Below, piece after piece: positions 17,620 to 27,338 of a DNA stretch of 64,000 nucleotides (its first letter is position 1; the number at the start of each line of letters is the position of its first letter). The stretch lies in NCBI GenBank assembly GCA_963767925.1, contig CAVYGB010000002.1, positions 1,312,001-1,376,000 on the forward strand, written 5' to 3'. The notes below the pieces were generated by a model. The model saw only the letters and a program-made list of their open reading frames with translations. It was not told the DNA's origin and searched no databases. Source of the DNA: an uncultured delta proteobacterium (GTDB lineage: Bacteria > Myxococcota_A > Polyangia > Fen-1088). Made by a program: the position numbers and the translations under genes.

Positions 17620-17647
17620 GCAACTCGTCGCAGGCGCAACCGACAAG
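17620..17647 (+). promoter_or_regulatory. Putative sigma28-like promoter GCAAC-N14-ACCGACAAG
   Basis: Same motif and spacing as 4914-4941; ~46 nt upstream of the ATG at 17693. Confidence 0.5.
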
Positions 17648-17692
17648 AGCCGCCACAGGCATAACGCGCACGTCAGCGAAAGGATCTTCAAC

Positions 17693-19285
17693 ATGGCTTC
17701 GACGATCGACAACCGCAGCTCGGTGCACAGCGCCCCACCCACCGTCACCGAAGACGCCGGTGCAGCCAAGAGCGTCTCCAGCCTCCCGGCCCAGGGCCCC
17801 ATCTCCGGTGAGCAGGCTCGGGATGCCATCAAGCAGGCCACCCAGGATCTCGACGGGCAGGCCGCCGGCCTCGAATACAACCAGCTCAAGGACTGGGCCT
17901 CCGCCAACAAGGACCGCCTGTCACCGGAGGCGCAGAAGCTGTTCCAGATCTACGACCGATACGCGCTCGACGCCCTCAAGCAAGGCAAGACCGGCATCGA
18001 CACCGGCAACTACGACAAGATGCTCAAGGAGATGGACGGCGCCCTCCCTCCGACCTGGCAGAAGATGGACAAGATCGAGGGAAGCTGGCACCAGGCGTCC
18101 AATCTCCAGCAGAACGTCTTCGGGGAGATCAAAGACGCCTACAAGGACTTCAAGGAGCTCCTGAACCGCCAGCCGACCTACAACGACAGCGGCGCGGGCA
18201 AGGCCCTCCGGGATCTCGACAACAAGACCACCCTCGACAGCATCCGCAACGCCGGCCTCTCCGGCTCCGGCCGACAGGCCAGCGTGAGCGGCACCGACAT
18301 GGTCGACACGATCGACAAGGCCACCTCCGACCTCGATGGCCAGGCGGCCGGCCTCGAGTACCGCGACGTCAAGACCTGGCAGGACGCGAACAAGAACAAC
18401 CTCTCGCCGGAGGCCAAGAAGGTCCTCGACATCTACGACAAGTACGCCACAAAGGCGCTGGGCGAAGGGCGCACCCATCTCACCCAGGACGAGCACAAGT
18501 CGATGATCGCCGAGATGCGCGAGGCAGCCAAGCCCCAGCAAAAGGCCACGGAGTACAACGACAAGAGCGCGGGCAAGGCCATCGAGACCCTGAACGACAA
18601 GCTTCGGGGCCCAGGACAGGGCGACATCAGCGGCAAGGACATGACCAACGCCATAAACCGTGGCACGAAGGACGGCGACGGTCAGGCGGCGGGCCTCGAA
18701 TACCGCGACTTCAAGACCTGGTTCAACGAGAACAAGGACAAGCTCTCTCCGGAAGCCAAGAAAGTCATGGAGATCTACGACCGCTACGCGACCAAGGTCA
18801 TGGGCGATGGGCGCACCTCCTTCACCGCCGCCGAACACAAGGCGATGATCGCGGAAATGCGACAGGCGGAGAAGCCTGCGGCCCAGCACCTCGACGCGGG
18901 TGCGGGCAAGGCGATCGACGGTCTCAACGAGAAGCTCGGCCAGAAGAGCGGATCGAAGATCGATGGCCAGGAGCTGACCCAGGCAATCTTGAAGGGCACG
19001 GAAGACCTCGACAATCAGGCCGCCGGCCTCGAATACGACGAGTTCCGGAAGTGGGCCAACGAGAACGCTGCCTCCCTCTCGCCCGAGGCCAAGAAGGTGA
19101 TGGAGATCTACGACAAGTACGTCACCGAGGCTCACAAGCAGGGCCGCACCGGCATCCTGCCGGAGGACCACGCCAAGATGGTCACCGAGATGCAAGACGC
19201 CTCAAAGCCGAAGCTGACGGCGACCGACGTGATGAACGCGTACAGCTTCGAAGACATCCGCGCGCGGCTCCCGCACAAGGGCTAA
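17693..19285 (+). CDS. Hydrophilic protein with four ~100-aa repeats and no signal peptide
   Basis: Four copies of D.D[GN]QAAGLEY.....W...N...LSPEA.K...IYD.Y; AAGGA RBS; strongly biased codon usage. Confidence 0.85.
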   Translation: MASTIDNRSSVHSAPPTVTEDAGAAKSVSSLPAQGPISGEQARDAIKQATQDLDGQAAGLEYNQLKDWASANKDRLSPEAQKLFQIYDRYALDALKQGKTGIDTGNYDKMLKEMDGALPPTWQKMDKIEGSWHQASNLQQNVFGEIKDAYKDFKELLNRQPTYNDSGAGKALRDLDNKTTLDSIRNAGLSGSGRQASVSGTDMVDTIDKATSDLDGQAAGLEYRDVKTWQDANKNNLSPEAKKVLDIYDKYATKALGEGRTHLTQDEHKSMIAEMREAAKPQQKATEYNDKSAGKAIETLNDKLRGPGQGDISGKDMTNAINRGTKDGDGQAAGLEYRDFKTWFNENKDKLSPEAKKVMEIYDRYATKVMGDGRTSFTAAEHKAMIAEMRQAEKPAAQHLDAGAGKAIDGLNEKLGQKSGSKIDGQELTQAILKGTEDLDNQAAGLEYDEFRKWANENAASLSPEAKKVMEIYDKYVTEAHKQGRTGILPEDHAKMVTEMQDASKPKLTATDVMNAYSFEDIRARLPHKG

Positions 19286-19405
19286 CTCCCCGAGCGAGGT
19301 GATGGCCGCGGCCTCCGGGCCCGGCCGTCCCCCTCGGTTCGCGCCGCCGTCGCCGTCACGCCACGTGCGCCCGAGAGCGCGCGTACGACCTGCCGGATCG
19401 GCCCC

Positions 19406-20197
19406 CTACTGCATCCTCCGGGCGCGCCCGTCGAACTGCACCTGGCATGTTTCCGTGAGACCGGGCTCGCGGGTGGAGAACTTGAACCTGGCCATCGTGA
19501 CGGCGACATCGCCGCTGACCAGGATCGTACCGCCGACGGGCGTGACGACGTAAGAGGACTCGCCTTCGGCGAAGCTACAGGGAGGGGCCGTCCGGTAGGT
19601 GGCGGTAGCGCCGCTGACGTCGAGCCGAAACGTGCATGGCTCGGCGAACTCCCACAATGGCGCGTCGACACCCTTCTCGAGCTGGAACGTCCCGCTGAGC
19701 GATTCGACGGAGGGGCCGCTCACCTCGCAGTTCCAGGTCTCGGAGCCACTGGTGAACTCCCAGGTGCCCAGAAAGGCCGTGACGTCGGCGACTGGAGGCT
19801 CCGGGGCGGGCGGTACCGGCCCTCCGACGGTGCCACCACCGGCCCCGCCCGCACCCGTTCCGCCAATCCCGGTCCCGCCGGAACCGATGTTTCCCGGACT
19901 GATCCCACCCGCGCCGTCCGATGCAGCGTCCGGACGGAAGATGGGGCCGATCCCGCTTCCGCCCGCCCCGCCTGCTCCATCGGGATCGCCGGGCACGCTG
20001 CTACCGCCGCCGGCATCGCGGAGCAGGCCTCCGAAGAGGCCGCCACCGCCGCTGGGGCTCGGCGGGGCGGCGCCGGCTGGAGGTACAGGCTCATTGCGGG
20101 GGCTGCTGCAGGAAAGGGCGAGAGCGACCATCCAAAACCTGGGAAGCCGTCCCCGCACTCCCTCTTGGTCCAGCACACCGAGATGCATGGCGTCCAT
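19406..20197 (-). CDS. Lipoprotein with Gly/Pro linker and beta-rich C-terminal domain
   Basis: LALSC lipobox; FLGTWEF lipocalin-like start; start codon uncertain (20197 or 20131). Confidence 0.6.
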   Translation of the reverse strand: MDAMHLGVLDQEGVRGRLPRFWMVALALSCSSPRNEPVPPAGAAPPSPSGGGGLFGGLLRDAGGGSSVPGDPDGAGGAGGSGIGPIFRPDAASDGAGGISPGNIGSGGTGIGGTGAGGAGGGTVGGPVPPAPEPPVADVTAFLGTWEFTSGSETWNCEVSGPSVESLSGTFQLEKGVDAPLWEFAEPCTFRLDVSGATATYRTAPPCSFAEGESSYVVTPVGGTILVSGDVAVTMARFKFSTREPGLTETCQVQFDGRARRMQ

Positions 20198-20328
20198 ATA
20201 ACATGCCGGAATCAGTGCGTGAGCCACCGCTGCTCCCGCACCGAGCGACCAGAAACACCCCGACGCTGAGGCGGGCCTGTCTCGGAGAGCCGCCTCGCTG
20301 ATGCGACGCCACTTCGAACCCGCTGCGC

Positions 20329-20565
20329 CTAGCGAGCGGCGAAGTTCGAGCGGGCGTACGACTCGAGGTATCCGCACGTGCGGCAGCGGTAAGTGCCGAT
20401 GGGGATGAGCGTGTCTTCGGGCGAGCGGGCTCCTTCCCAGAAAGACTTTTCCGGGTGACCGCCGGCCCAGTGGCTCACGCCGCGGGCGCCGTAGGTGTTG
20501 TCGACGGTGAAGCCTTGTTCCATCTTGCCGGCGCACTTGGGGCAGGTCGTGGGTATGTTCGACAT
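20329..20565 (-). CDS. Small zinc-ribbon protein (DUF6487/PF20097-like)
   Basis: CPKC..KMEQGF ... YRCRTCGYLESYA. Confidence 0.75.
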   Translation of the reverse strand: MSNIPTTCPKCAGKMEQGFTVDNTYGARGVSHWAGGHPEKSFWEGARSPEDTLIPIGTYRCRTCGYLESYARSNFAAR

Positions 20566-20705
20566 GGGTGGATCCTGGGTGGGGAATGATACATGGGCGC
20601 TGGCGGCGGCAGCTGGTCCCGGGCCCCGATCGTCGAACGACCCTGTAGTCCGCCACAGCAAGATCCTCCAAGTTTGGGGTGGGGGGTGGGTGTAGAAAAC
20701 GGGCG

Positions 20706-22406
20706 ATGACTTCGAACGGGCTGGGGTTCGTGATTTTCGAGACGGCGATCGGGTGGTGTGGGTTGGCCTGGGGGGAGCGGGGGGTGGTGGGGGTGCAGTT
20801 GCCGGAGGGCGGGGAGCGGGAGACGCGGGGGCGGATGTTGCGGAGGTTTCCGGGGGCGGTGGAGGGCGCTGCCGCGGGCGAGGTGCGGGGGGCGGTGGAG
20901 GACATCGTGGGGTTGTTGCGGGGGGAGGCGACGGATTTGTCGCGGGTGGTGCTCGACATGGATCGGGTGCCGCTGTTTCACCGGCGGGTGTACGACGTCG
21001 CGCGGAGAATCCCTCCAGGAAAGACGCTTACTTACGGGGACATCGCGCACCGGCTGGGGCAGCCTCACGCGGCGCGGGCGGTGGGGCAGGCGCTGGGGCG
21101 CAACCCATTCGCCATCGTGGTGCCCTGCCATCGGGTGCTCGCGTCCGGTGGGCGGGTGGGGGGGTTCTCGGCGACTGGTGGCATCGCCACGAAGTTGCGA
21201 ATGCTCACCATCGAGGGGGCGCATCAGCGGGACCTGCCGGGGCTGAGCGACGGGCCCCCGGCCGCGGCGACTCTGGTTGCACCAGCGCCGGCCGGGAATA
21301 GCGAGGAGACGCCCGCGGACTTCACGCTTCCCAGGATCGGGCGCAAGGGGCCGTCTCGGGCGACAGGAAAGACGACAGGAAGCCTGACGGATCGAACAGC
21401 CACCTCTGCGCGTGCGGCATCCCGGTCCGGCGTCACCGGCGTGCGCAGCGGCCCTAAATCACTCCGCGCCGCCAAGAGCTCCCCCACCAACGTGACCGCC
21501 AGGTCCTCCGGCGCCGCCAAGAGCACTCCCCCTCGCGCGCCCCGCGCCACGAATCGGGCGGGCGCCATCGGAGCACGGCGGGTCCCCGACACGCCACTCC
21601 GCGCCGCCAAGAGCTCTCCCACCACCCGCACGCTCCGCGCCGCCAAGAGCTCTCCCACCACCCGCGCGTCCCGCTCGGCGAAAGAAGACGCCGCCGCAAG
21701 CATCGGCAAACCGACGAGCGTGGTGCCGAAGCCGGCGCGGGGGCGGGGGGCGGGGGGCTTTCGATTCGATACTCAGGCGGCGGTGGCGCACCTTCGGGGG
21801 GCAGACCCTCTGCTGCGGCGGCTGATCGATGCGGTGGGGCCTTTCGTGATGAAGCTCGACCGGACGCGGAGCCTGTTTTTTGCGCTGGCGGAGGCCATCG
21901 TCTACCAGCAGCTCACGGCGAAGGCGGCGGCGACGATCTTCGGGCGGGTGCGGGGGTTGTTTCCCGGGGGCGGGGAGGTGTTCACGCCGGAGCAACTCCT
22001 CGCTGTGGGGGAGGCGGAGCTGCGGGGGGCGGGGCTCTCGCGCAACAAGATGCTCGCGCTGCGGGACCTGGCGACCCGGGCCGGCGCGGGGGAGATCCCC
22101 GCGATGGCGGATGTGCACCGCATGGACGACGAGGCCATCGTCGAGCGGTTGACCCAGGTGCGTGGGATCGGGCGCTGGACGGTGCACATGCTGCTCATGT
22201 TCCGGCTCGGGCGGGCGGATGTGCTGCCGGCGGACGACTACGGGGTACGGCAGGGGTTCGGCATCACCTTCCGCAAGAAGGAGCTCCCGGCGCCCAAGGA
22301 GGTCCTCGCGCGCGGCGAACGCTGGCGGCCCTACCGCTCGGTGGCGAGCTGGTACCTCTGGCGCGCGGTCGAGCGGGCCCGCTCCCGAAAACAGATGAAA
22401 GCCTAA
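20706..22406 (+). CDS. Fusion: methylated-DNA-protein-cysteine methyltransferase (Ogt) + basic repeat linker + AlkA-type DNA glycosylase
   Basis: AARAVGQAL..NP...VVPCHRV; LAEAIVYQQL, HhH VRGIGRWT, VLPADD and WRPYRSVASWYLW in one ORF. Confidence 0.88.
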   Translation: MTSNGLGFVIFETAIGWCGLAWGERGVVGVQLPEGGERETRGRMLRRFPGAVEGAAAGEVRGAVEDIVGLLRGEATDLSRVVLDMDRVPLFHRRVYDVARRIPPGKTLTYGDIAHRLGQPHAARAVGQALGRNPFAIVVPCHRVLASGGRVGGFSATGGIATKLRMLTIEGAHQRDLPGLSDGPPAAATLVAPAPAGNSEETPADFTLPRIGRKGPSRATGKTTGSLTDRTATSARAASRSGVTGVRSGPKSLRAAKSSPTNVTARSSGAAKSTPPRAPRATNRAGAIGARRVPDTPLRAAKSSPTTRTLRAAKSSPTTRASRSAKEDAAASIGKPTSVVPKPARGRGAGGFRFDTQAAVAHLRGADPLLRRLIDAVGPFVMKLDRTRSLFFALAEAIVYQQLTAKAAATIFGRVRGLFPGGGEVFTPEQLLAVGEAELRGAGLSRNKMLALRDLATRAGAGEIPAMADVHRMDDEAIVERLTQVRGIGRWTVHMLLMFRLGRADVLPADDYGVRQGFGITFRKKELPAPKEVLARGERWRPYRSVASWYLWRAVERARSRKQMKA

Positions 22407-22850
22407 CGAGGGGGCCGTCTACTTCGCGAATCGACGGCGGAGTTACGGATCGTCCCGGGATATTCCTCCAACCGGTACCCGGGTCGCGGCCGAGGGCGGA
22501 CCTCCTCTCTCGTACGGCAGAACCTGTCTTGTTCGAGCCGCCGATGGGAGAGCCGATCCTGCGGTGGTGCCGCGCGCGCGAACCGCTTCCTCGAAGGGCC
22601 CGAGATTGCACCGTCAGCAGAGACGTACGGCGAAGGCCTGGTTCTACCGCGCCGGAGGGCCGCGACCTTGAATGTAGCTAACCTCGCCGTCCCTTGAACG
22701 CGGAGGGCTTCGCGATGGTTCTACTGGCCTCCCGGACTGCGGCGCCAAGGCATAGCTCCTCTGACTGTCCCTTTTCGTGTCAGTTCGATCACCTCCGGAC
22801 CGGAGCGTGCGGTGGTACGAATGGGGGTTCCCTTCTGCGAGGTCGTCTCC

Positions 22851-25034
22851 ATGAACTGCTTGCACCGCTACCGGTCGATGGTGCTCCTGTGGGCTCTGAT
22901 GCTCGGGGGGACGGTTGGCTGTCCTTCGCCCAACGACATGCCGATTCCCGTGCCGGATCCGCCGCGAGCCGGGTCGACCGATGGACGGCCGCCGATCACG
23001 GCGGTGCCGACGGATGGGCCGGGGACCTCTCCGGGTGGGGGCAGCGACGGGGGGGGCATCGATCCCACGAGCTGTCCGGACGGGCAGCAGTTCTGTGCGG
23101 AGAAGGGGTGTGTCGACACGACGTCGCCGGAGGCGTGCGGGCGATCGTGTGCGCCTTGCCCGACCATCACCGGCGGCACGGCTACCTGCGACGGGACCCG
23201 GTGTGGGCTGGTCTGTCCGGCGGGGATGCGGGTCTGCCTCGACAAGTGCATCGCGGAGGGCGCGCCTTGTGACGACGTCTGCCCGGATCCCAAGCAGCGG
23301 CTCTGCAACAACGGCTGCGTGAACCTGGACAACATCGCCGCCTGCGGGCCCGAGTGCGTGACCTGTCCGGCGTCGGTCAACGGCAAGACGTCCTGCAACG
23401 GGACGAGCTGCGAGATCGCCTGCGACGCCGGCTTTCACCTGTGCGACGGCGTGTCCTGCAAGTCGGATCGCGACCCCCGGAGCTGCGGCAGCTCGTGCAC
23501 GCCCTGCCCGGTCCCCGAGGGCGGCGAGGCGACCTGCGATGGCACGGTCTGCGGGGCCAAGTGCCCGGCCAGCACGAAGCTGTGCGCGGGGGCCTGCATT
23601 CCGGTCAACCAGGCCTGCATGGGCGTGTGTCCCGACGGCAAACACGACTGCGACGGCAACTGCGTCCCCAACGACGTCAACTTCTGTGGGCCCTCCTGCC
23701 AGCAGTGCCGCGCGCCGGCCAACGCGGACGCCCGCTGCGCCGGCGACGGCTGCGAGTTCTCCTGCCGCAGCGGCTTCCGGACCTGCGGGGACGGCTGCCT
23801 GGCCAACGACCGGCCCTGCGACGGCGCCTGCCCGGGCGGGCGCAAGGTCTGCGGCGACCGCTGTGTGCCCACCTCCACCTGCTGCACCGGTGGCAGCGAG
23901 GGTTGCCCGGAGTGCTCGAGCTGCAACAACGGCACCTGCGGGCGGCGGCCCGACGGCACCGGCTGCGGCAGCAACCGGGTGTGCGCGGCCGGGTCCTGCA
24001 TCGGCTGCGGGTCGTCGGGGCAGACCTGCTGCGCGTCCAGCGCCTGCGGCGGCGGGCTGGTCTGCCGCCAGAGCACCTGCGTCGGCTGCGGATCGATCGG
24101 CGAGCCCTGCTGCGCCGGCGACGGGTGCGACGGCGGGACGGTCTGCCGCTCCGGTTCCTGCGCGAGCTGCGGCGGCTTCGGCGAGCCCTGCTGCGCCGGA
24201 AACGCCTGCGACGGCGGCGGGCTCTCCTGTCAGGGTGGGACTTGCAGAGGCGAATGCACGCCCGGGATGCGCATCTGCGAAAACGGGCTCCCCCGCGTCT
24301 GCAGCACGACCGGGCAGTGGCAGACCGGCAGCGCCTGCAACAACCAGGCGTGTGTGAACGGGACCTGCCAGGGCAACTGTGCCCCGGGCCGGCGCGGCTG
24401 CCGCAACGCCGAGACGCCCCAGGTCTGCAACAACAGCGGCCAGTTCGTGGCCGAGCAGGCCTGCCAGGGGGTGTGCCGGGGCGAAGGGGAGTGCGTGGGC
24501 TCCTGCCGCCCCACCGCGCCCGCCCGCTGCGAAGGCCTCACCCGCATCACCTGCGACGGCAACGGCAACTCTTCGCCGGAGTCCTGCCAGCCCCGCCAGG
24601 CCAACGAGACGCCCTCCTGCTCGGCCAGCGGCTGCCAGTCGAGCTGCAACGTCAGCCCCGGCCGCTGCAACGGCAGCAGCCGCTGCTGGAGCCTCGAATA
24701 TGGCTGCGACGAGTGCGTCGAGGGCCTGATCTGGCGGGACATTCCCGGCACGCCCGGCGGCGACCGGGTGTGCGTGAACCGGGCGGCGTTCGATCGCGTC
24801 CGCCAGGAGAACGCCGAGCACCCGGCCAACGTCGACCCCATCGACCGCACCTTCGGTCCCAACACCTGCCGGCAGGGCTTCGTCTTCCGCGACGCTTTCC
24901 CGGGCGACGAGGTCTGCGTGACCGGGGCGTCCCGCAGCCAGGCGGCGGCGGAGCGCAACGCCCAGAACAACGGTGCGGTCACCCGGGTGCGCGCCAACCC
25001 CAACTGCCCCACCGCCGACCGGCGCTGCAACTGA
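22851..25034 (+). CDS. Very Cys-rich repeat lipoprotein with duplicated C..G..[WF]RD..PGD.VCV C-terminal motif
   Basis: TVGC lipobox; many CG.SC..C and CG..G.PCC repeats; start uncertain. Confidence 0.75.
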   Translation: MNCLHRYRSMVLLWALMLGGTVGCPSPNDMPIPVPDPPRAGSTDGRPPITAVPTDGPGTSPGGGSDGGGIDPTSCPDGQQFCAEKGCVDTTSPEACGRSCAPCPTITGGTATCDGTRCGLVCPAGMRVCLDKCIAEGAPCDDVCPDPKQRLCNNGCVNLDNIAACGPECVTCPASVNGKTSCNGTSCEIACDAGFHLCDGVSCKSDRDPRSCGSSCTPCPVPEGGEATCDGTVCGAKCPASTKLCAGACIPVNQACMGVCPDGKHDCDGNCVPNDVNFCGPSCQQCRAPANADARCAGDGCEFSCRSGFRTCGDGCLANDRPCDGACPGGRKVCGDRCVPTSTCCTGGSEGCPECSSCNNGTCGRRPDGTGCGSNRVCAAGSCIGCGSSGQTCCASSACGGGLVCRQSTCVGCGSIGEPCCAGDGCDGGTVCRSGSCASCGGFGEPCCAGNACDGGGLSCQGGTCRGECTPGMRICENGLPRVCSTTGQWQTGSACNNQACVNGTCQGNCAPGRRGCRNAETPQVCNNSGQFVAEQACQGVCRGEGECVGSCRPTAPARCEGLTRITCDGNGNSSPESCQPRQANETPSCSASGCQSSCNVSPGRCNGSSRCWSLEYGCDECVEGLIWRDIPGTPGGDRVCVNRAAFDRVRQENAEHPANVDPIDRTFGPNTCRQGFVFRDAFPGDEVCVTGASRSQAAAERNAQNNGAVTRVRANPNCPTADRRCN

Positions 25035-25297
25035 CCGCGCACGAATGAGCGGCGACAACCTGCCACCCTCCCCTCTGCGGTCGGGGCCAGGCCCGGGAAG
25101 ACCGAAACAAGGTGCCTGCTCACCCGACGCTGGCGGGTCATATTCCAGACCGTCATGACCAAGGCCAGGACCCCGGGGAGCAAAGGACCATCCATGAGCG
25201 CTCCGCTTCGAGCGGCATCCTCCCTCGAACGATGCTTCGAGCGGCTCGCTTGCTTCCTGAGTCCAGCCGTCGTCCTGGGCCAGGGCGAGGGCCGGCC

Positions 25298-27287
25298 ATG
25301 AGGGACAGGCTCGATCGACGCGCCTCGGGTGGTTCGGGGCCCGGGTGCGGACGCAGCGGCTTCTCGTCCGGCTGGCGCCCACCGCTCCTGGCCGGGCTGA
25401 TCGCCGTGGCCTTCACCGCCTGCTCGGACCCGGCACCCCCTGCGGACCTGCCGGGCGACGGCGGCGCCAGGGACAGCGGCGCCCCGCTCTCCGACGGACC
25501 CGCCCTCCCGGACGCCCGACGCCACCGGCGCCGCGTCCTCCAACCCAGACGGGCCCGGCGCCGACCCGCCCGGTCCCGACGGCCCCTCCACTCCCGCCAC
25601 CGACGCGGGCAGCGGCGACGGGCCCGCCAGCGACGGGGGACCGCCTGCGCCCGCGACCGTCCCCGAGATCCTCACCAACCGCTACGACAACGCCCGCACG
25701 GGGGCCAACCTGCGCGAGACGGTGCTCTCGCCCGCCACCGTGCCCTCGCTGCGCCTGCTCGGCGGCTGGCCGCTCGATGGGGAGGTCTACGCCCAGGTGC
25801 TCGTCGCCGACGGGATCGAGGTCGCCGGCCGCCGCCGGGCGGTCGCGCTCGTCGCGACCATGCGCAACAGCCTGTACGCCTTCGACGCCGACGCGCCCCC
25901 CGACCAGGCGCTGCTCTGGCGGCTCGGCGAGATGCGCGAGCTGGGCACCCCGGCCTTCTGCAGCCGCAACGTGGGCGGCTTCAACGGCATCCTGTCGACG
26001 CCGGTGATCGACAAGGCCCGCGGCAGCGCCTTCCTCGTCGCCCGCGACTGCGATCCCAACTTCCCGCCCGACGCCCCCTCCTGCCAGCACCGGCTGTTCG
26101 AGGTCGCGCTCGCCACCGGTGAGATCCGGCAGCAGGCCGTCATCGCCGGGTCGGTGACCGTCCCGCCCGGCAAGGGCAGCGCCGGGGCCACCGTCCCCTT
26201 CGTGCCGAGTGCCCACTGGAACCGGCCCGCCTTGCTCCTCACCGACGGGGCGCTGCACATCGCCTTCGGCTCGGGGCCGGCTGGCGACGCCCACGAGGAG
26301 GACTTCGTCTACCACGGCTGGCTGTTCCGCTACGCCGCTGCCGACCTGAGCCAGGCGCCGCAGGTGTATTGCACCACCCCGCGCGGCCGCGGCGGCTCGG
26401 TCTGGCAGGCGGGGGCGGGGCCCGCTGCCGACGGGGACGCGGTCTTCCTGACCGGGGCCAACGGCATCCAGGGCGACAGCCGCGTTCACCCCCCGGGCGA
26501 GTGGCCCGACCGCCCGGTCGGCCAGGAGGACAGTGTGGTCCGCTTGCCCCACGCCAGCCCGCTGCCCGGCCCGGCCGACCCGATCGCCCAGTACTTCGAC
26601 AGCCGGCCTTACCTCCCCGACGGCAACGTGTTCCGCTACATGGAGAGCGGGGACAACGGCTTCGGCTCGTCGGGCCCGCTGCTCATCCCCGAGACGAAGC
26701 TGCTGCTGGTCGGCAGCAAGGCCGGGCTGGTCTACCTGATCGACCGCGAGACGATGGCGGCCACCCAGGAGCCGCTCAACCCCTTCACCGCCCTGCCGCT
26801 GCAGCCCGGGCACACGCTCTATCTGCACTCCTGGTGGGGCATCCCGGTCATCACGCAGGCCTTCGTCTACTGGCGGCCGGCCAGCGCCGCCGCGCCCGCC
26901 AGCCCCCGCCGCGTCGGGCACGCCTTCGCCTGGGCGTCCAACGACCGCCTGCGGTCCCTGCGCTTCGACCACGACAGCGGGCGCCTCGAGCCCGGCGCCA
27001 CCTCCGAGCTGCCGGTGGTCGCCGGCGGCGGCAACCTGGTCCTGTCGGCCGACGGCGAGCGCGAGGACTCCGCCGTGCTGTGGGCGTCCACCCGCTCCAC
27101 GACCCGGCCCGAGCCGGACGGGCAGCTCTGGGCCATCGACCCCCGCACGCTGGCGGTGCTGTGGCGGGCCGACACCCCCGCCTGGTCGAAGTTCACGCCG
27201 CCGACGGTCGTGCGCGGGCGGGTCTTCCTGCCCAGCACGTCGAACGACGTCACGGCCCCCCGCCAGGTCCTGGTCTACGGCCTCTGA
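25298..27287 (+). CDS. Lipoprotein with PQQ-like beta-propeller (one frameshift near ~25520)
   Basis: AFTAC lipobox in one frame; TNRYDNARTGAN..E..L, GILSTPVID, FGSSGP and KFTPPTV..GRV in the next frame. Confidence 0.68.
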
Positions 27288-27338
27288 CTCCGGGCGAAAA
27301 GCTTGCCTCCACCCTCGCCGGCACGCTAAGAACCGCCG

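Noticed and set aside
19406..20959. 517-aa ORF as a single gene
   Set aside because: Its N-terminal half overlaps the zinc-ribbon gene and the ogt fusion; only the part from ~20197 looks coding
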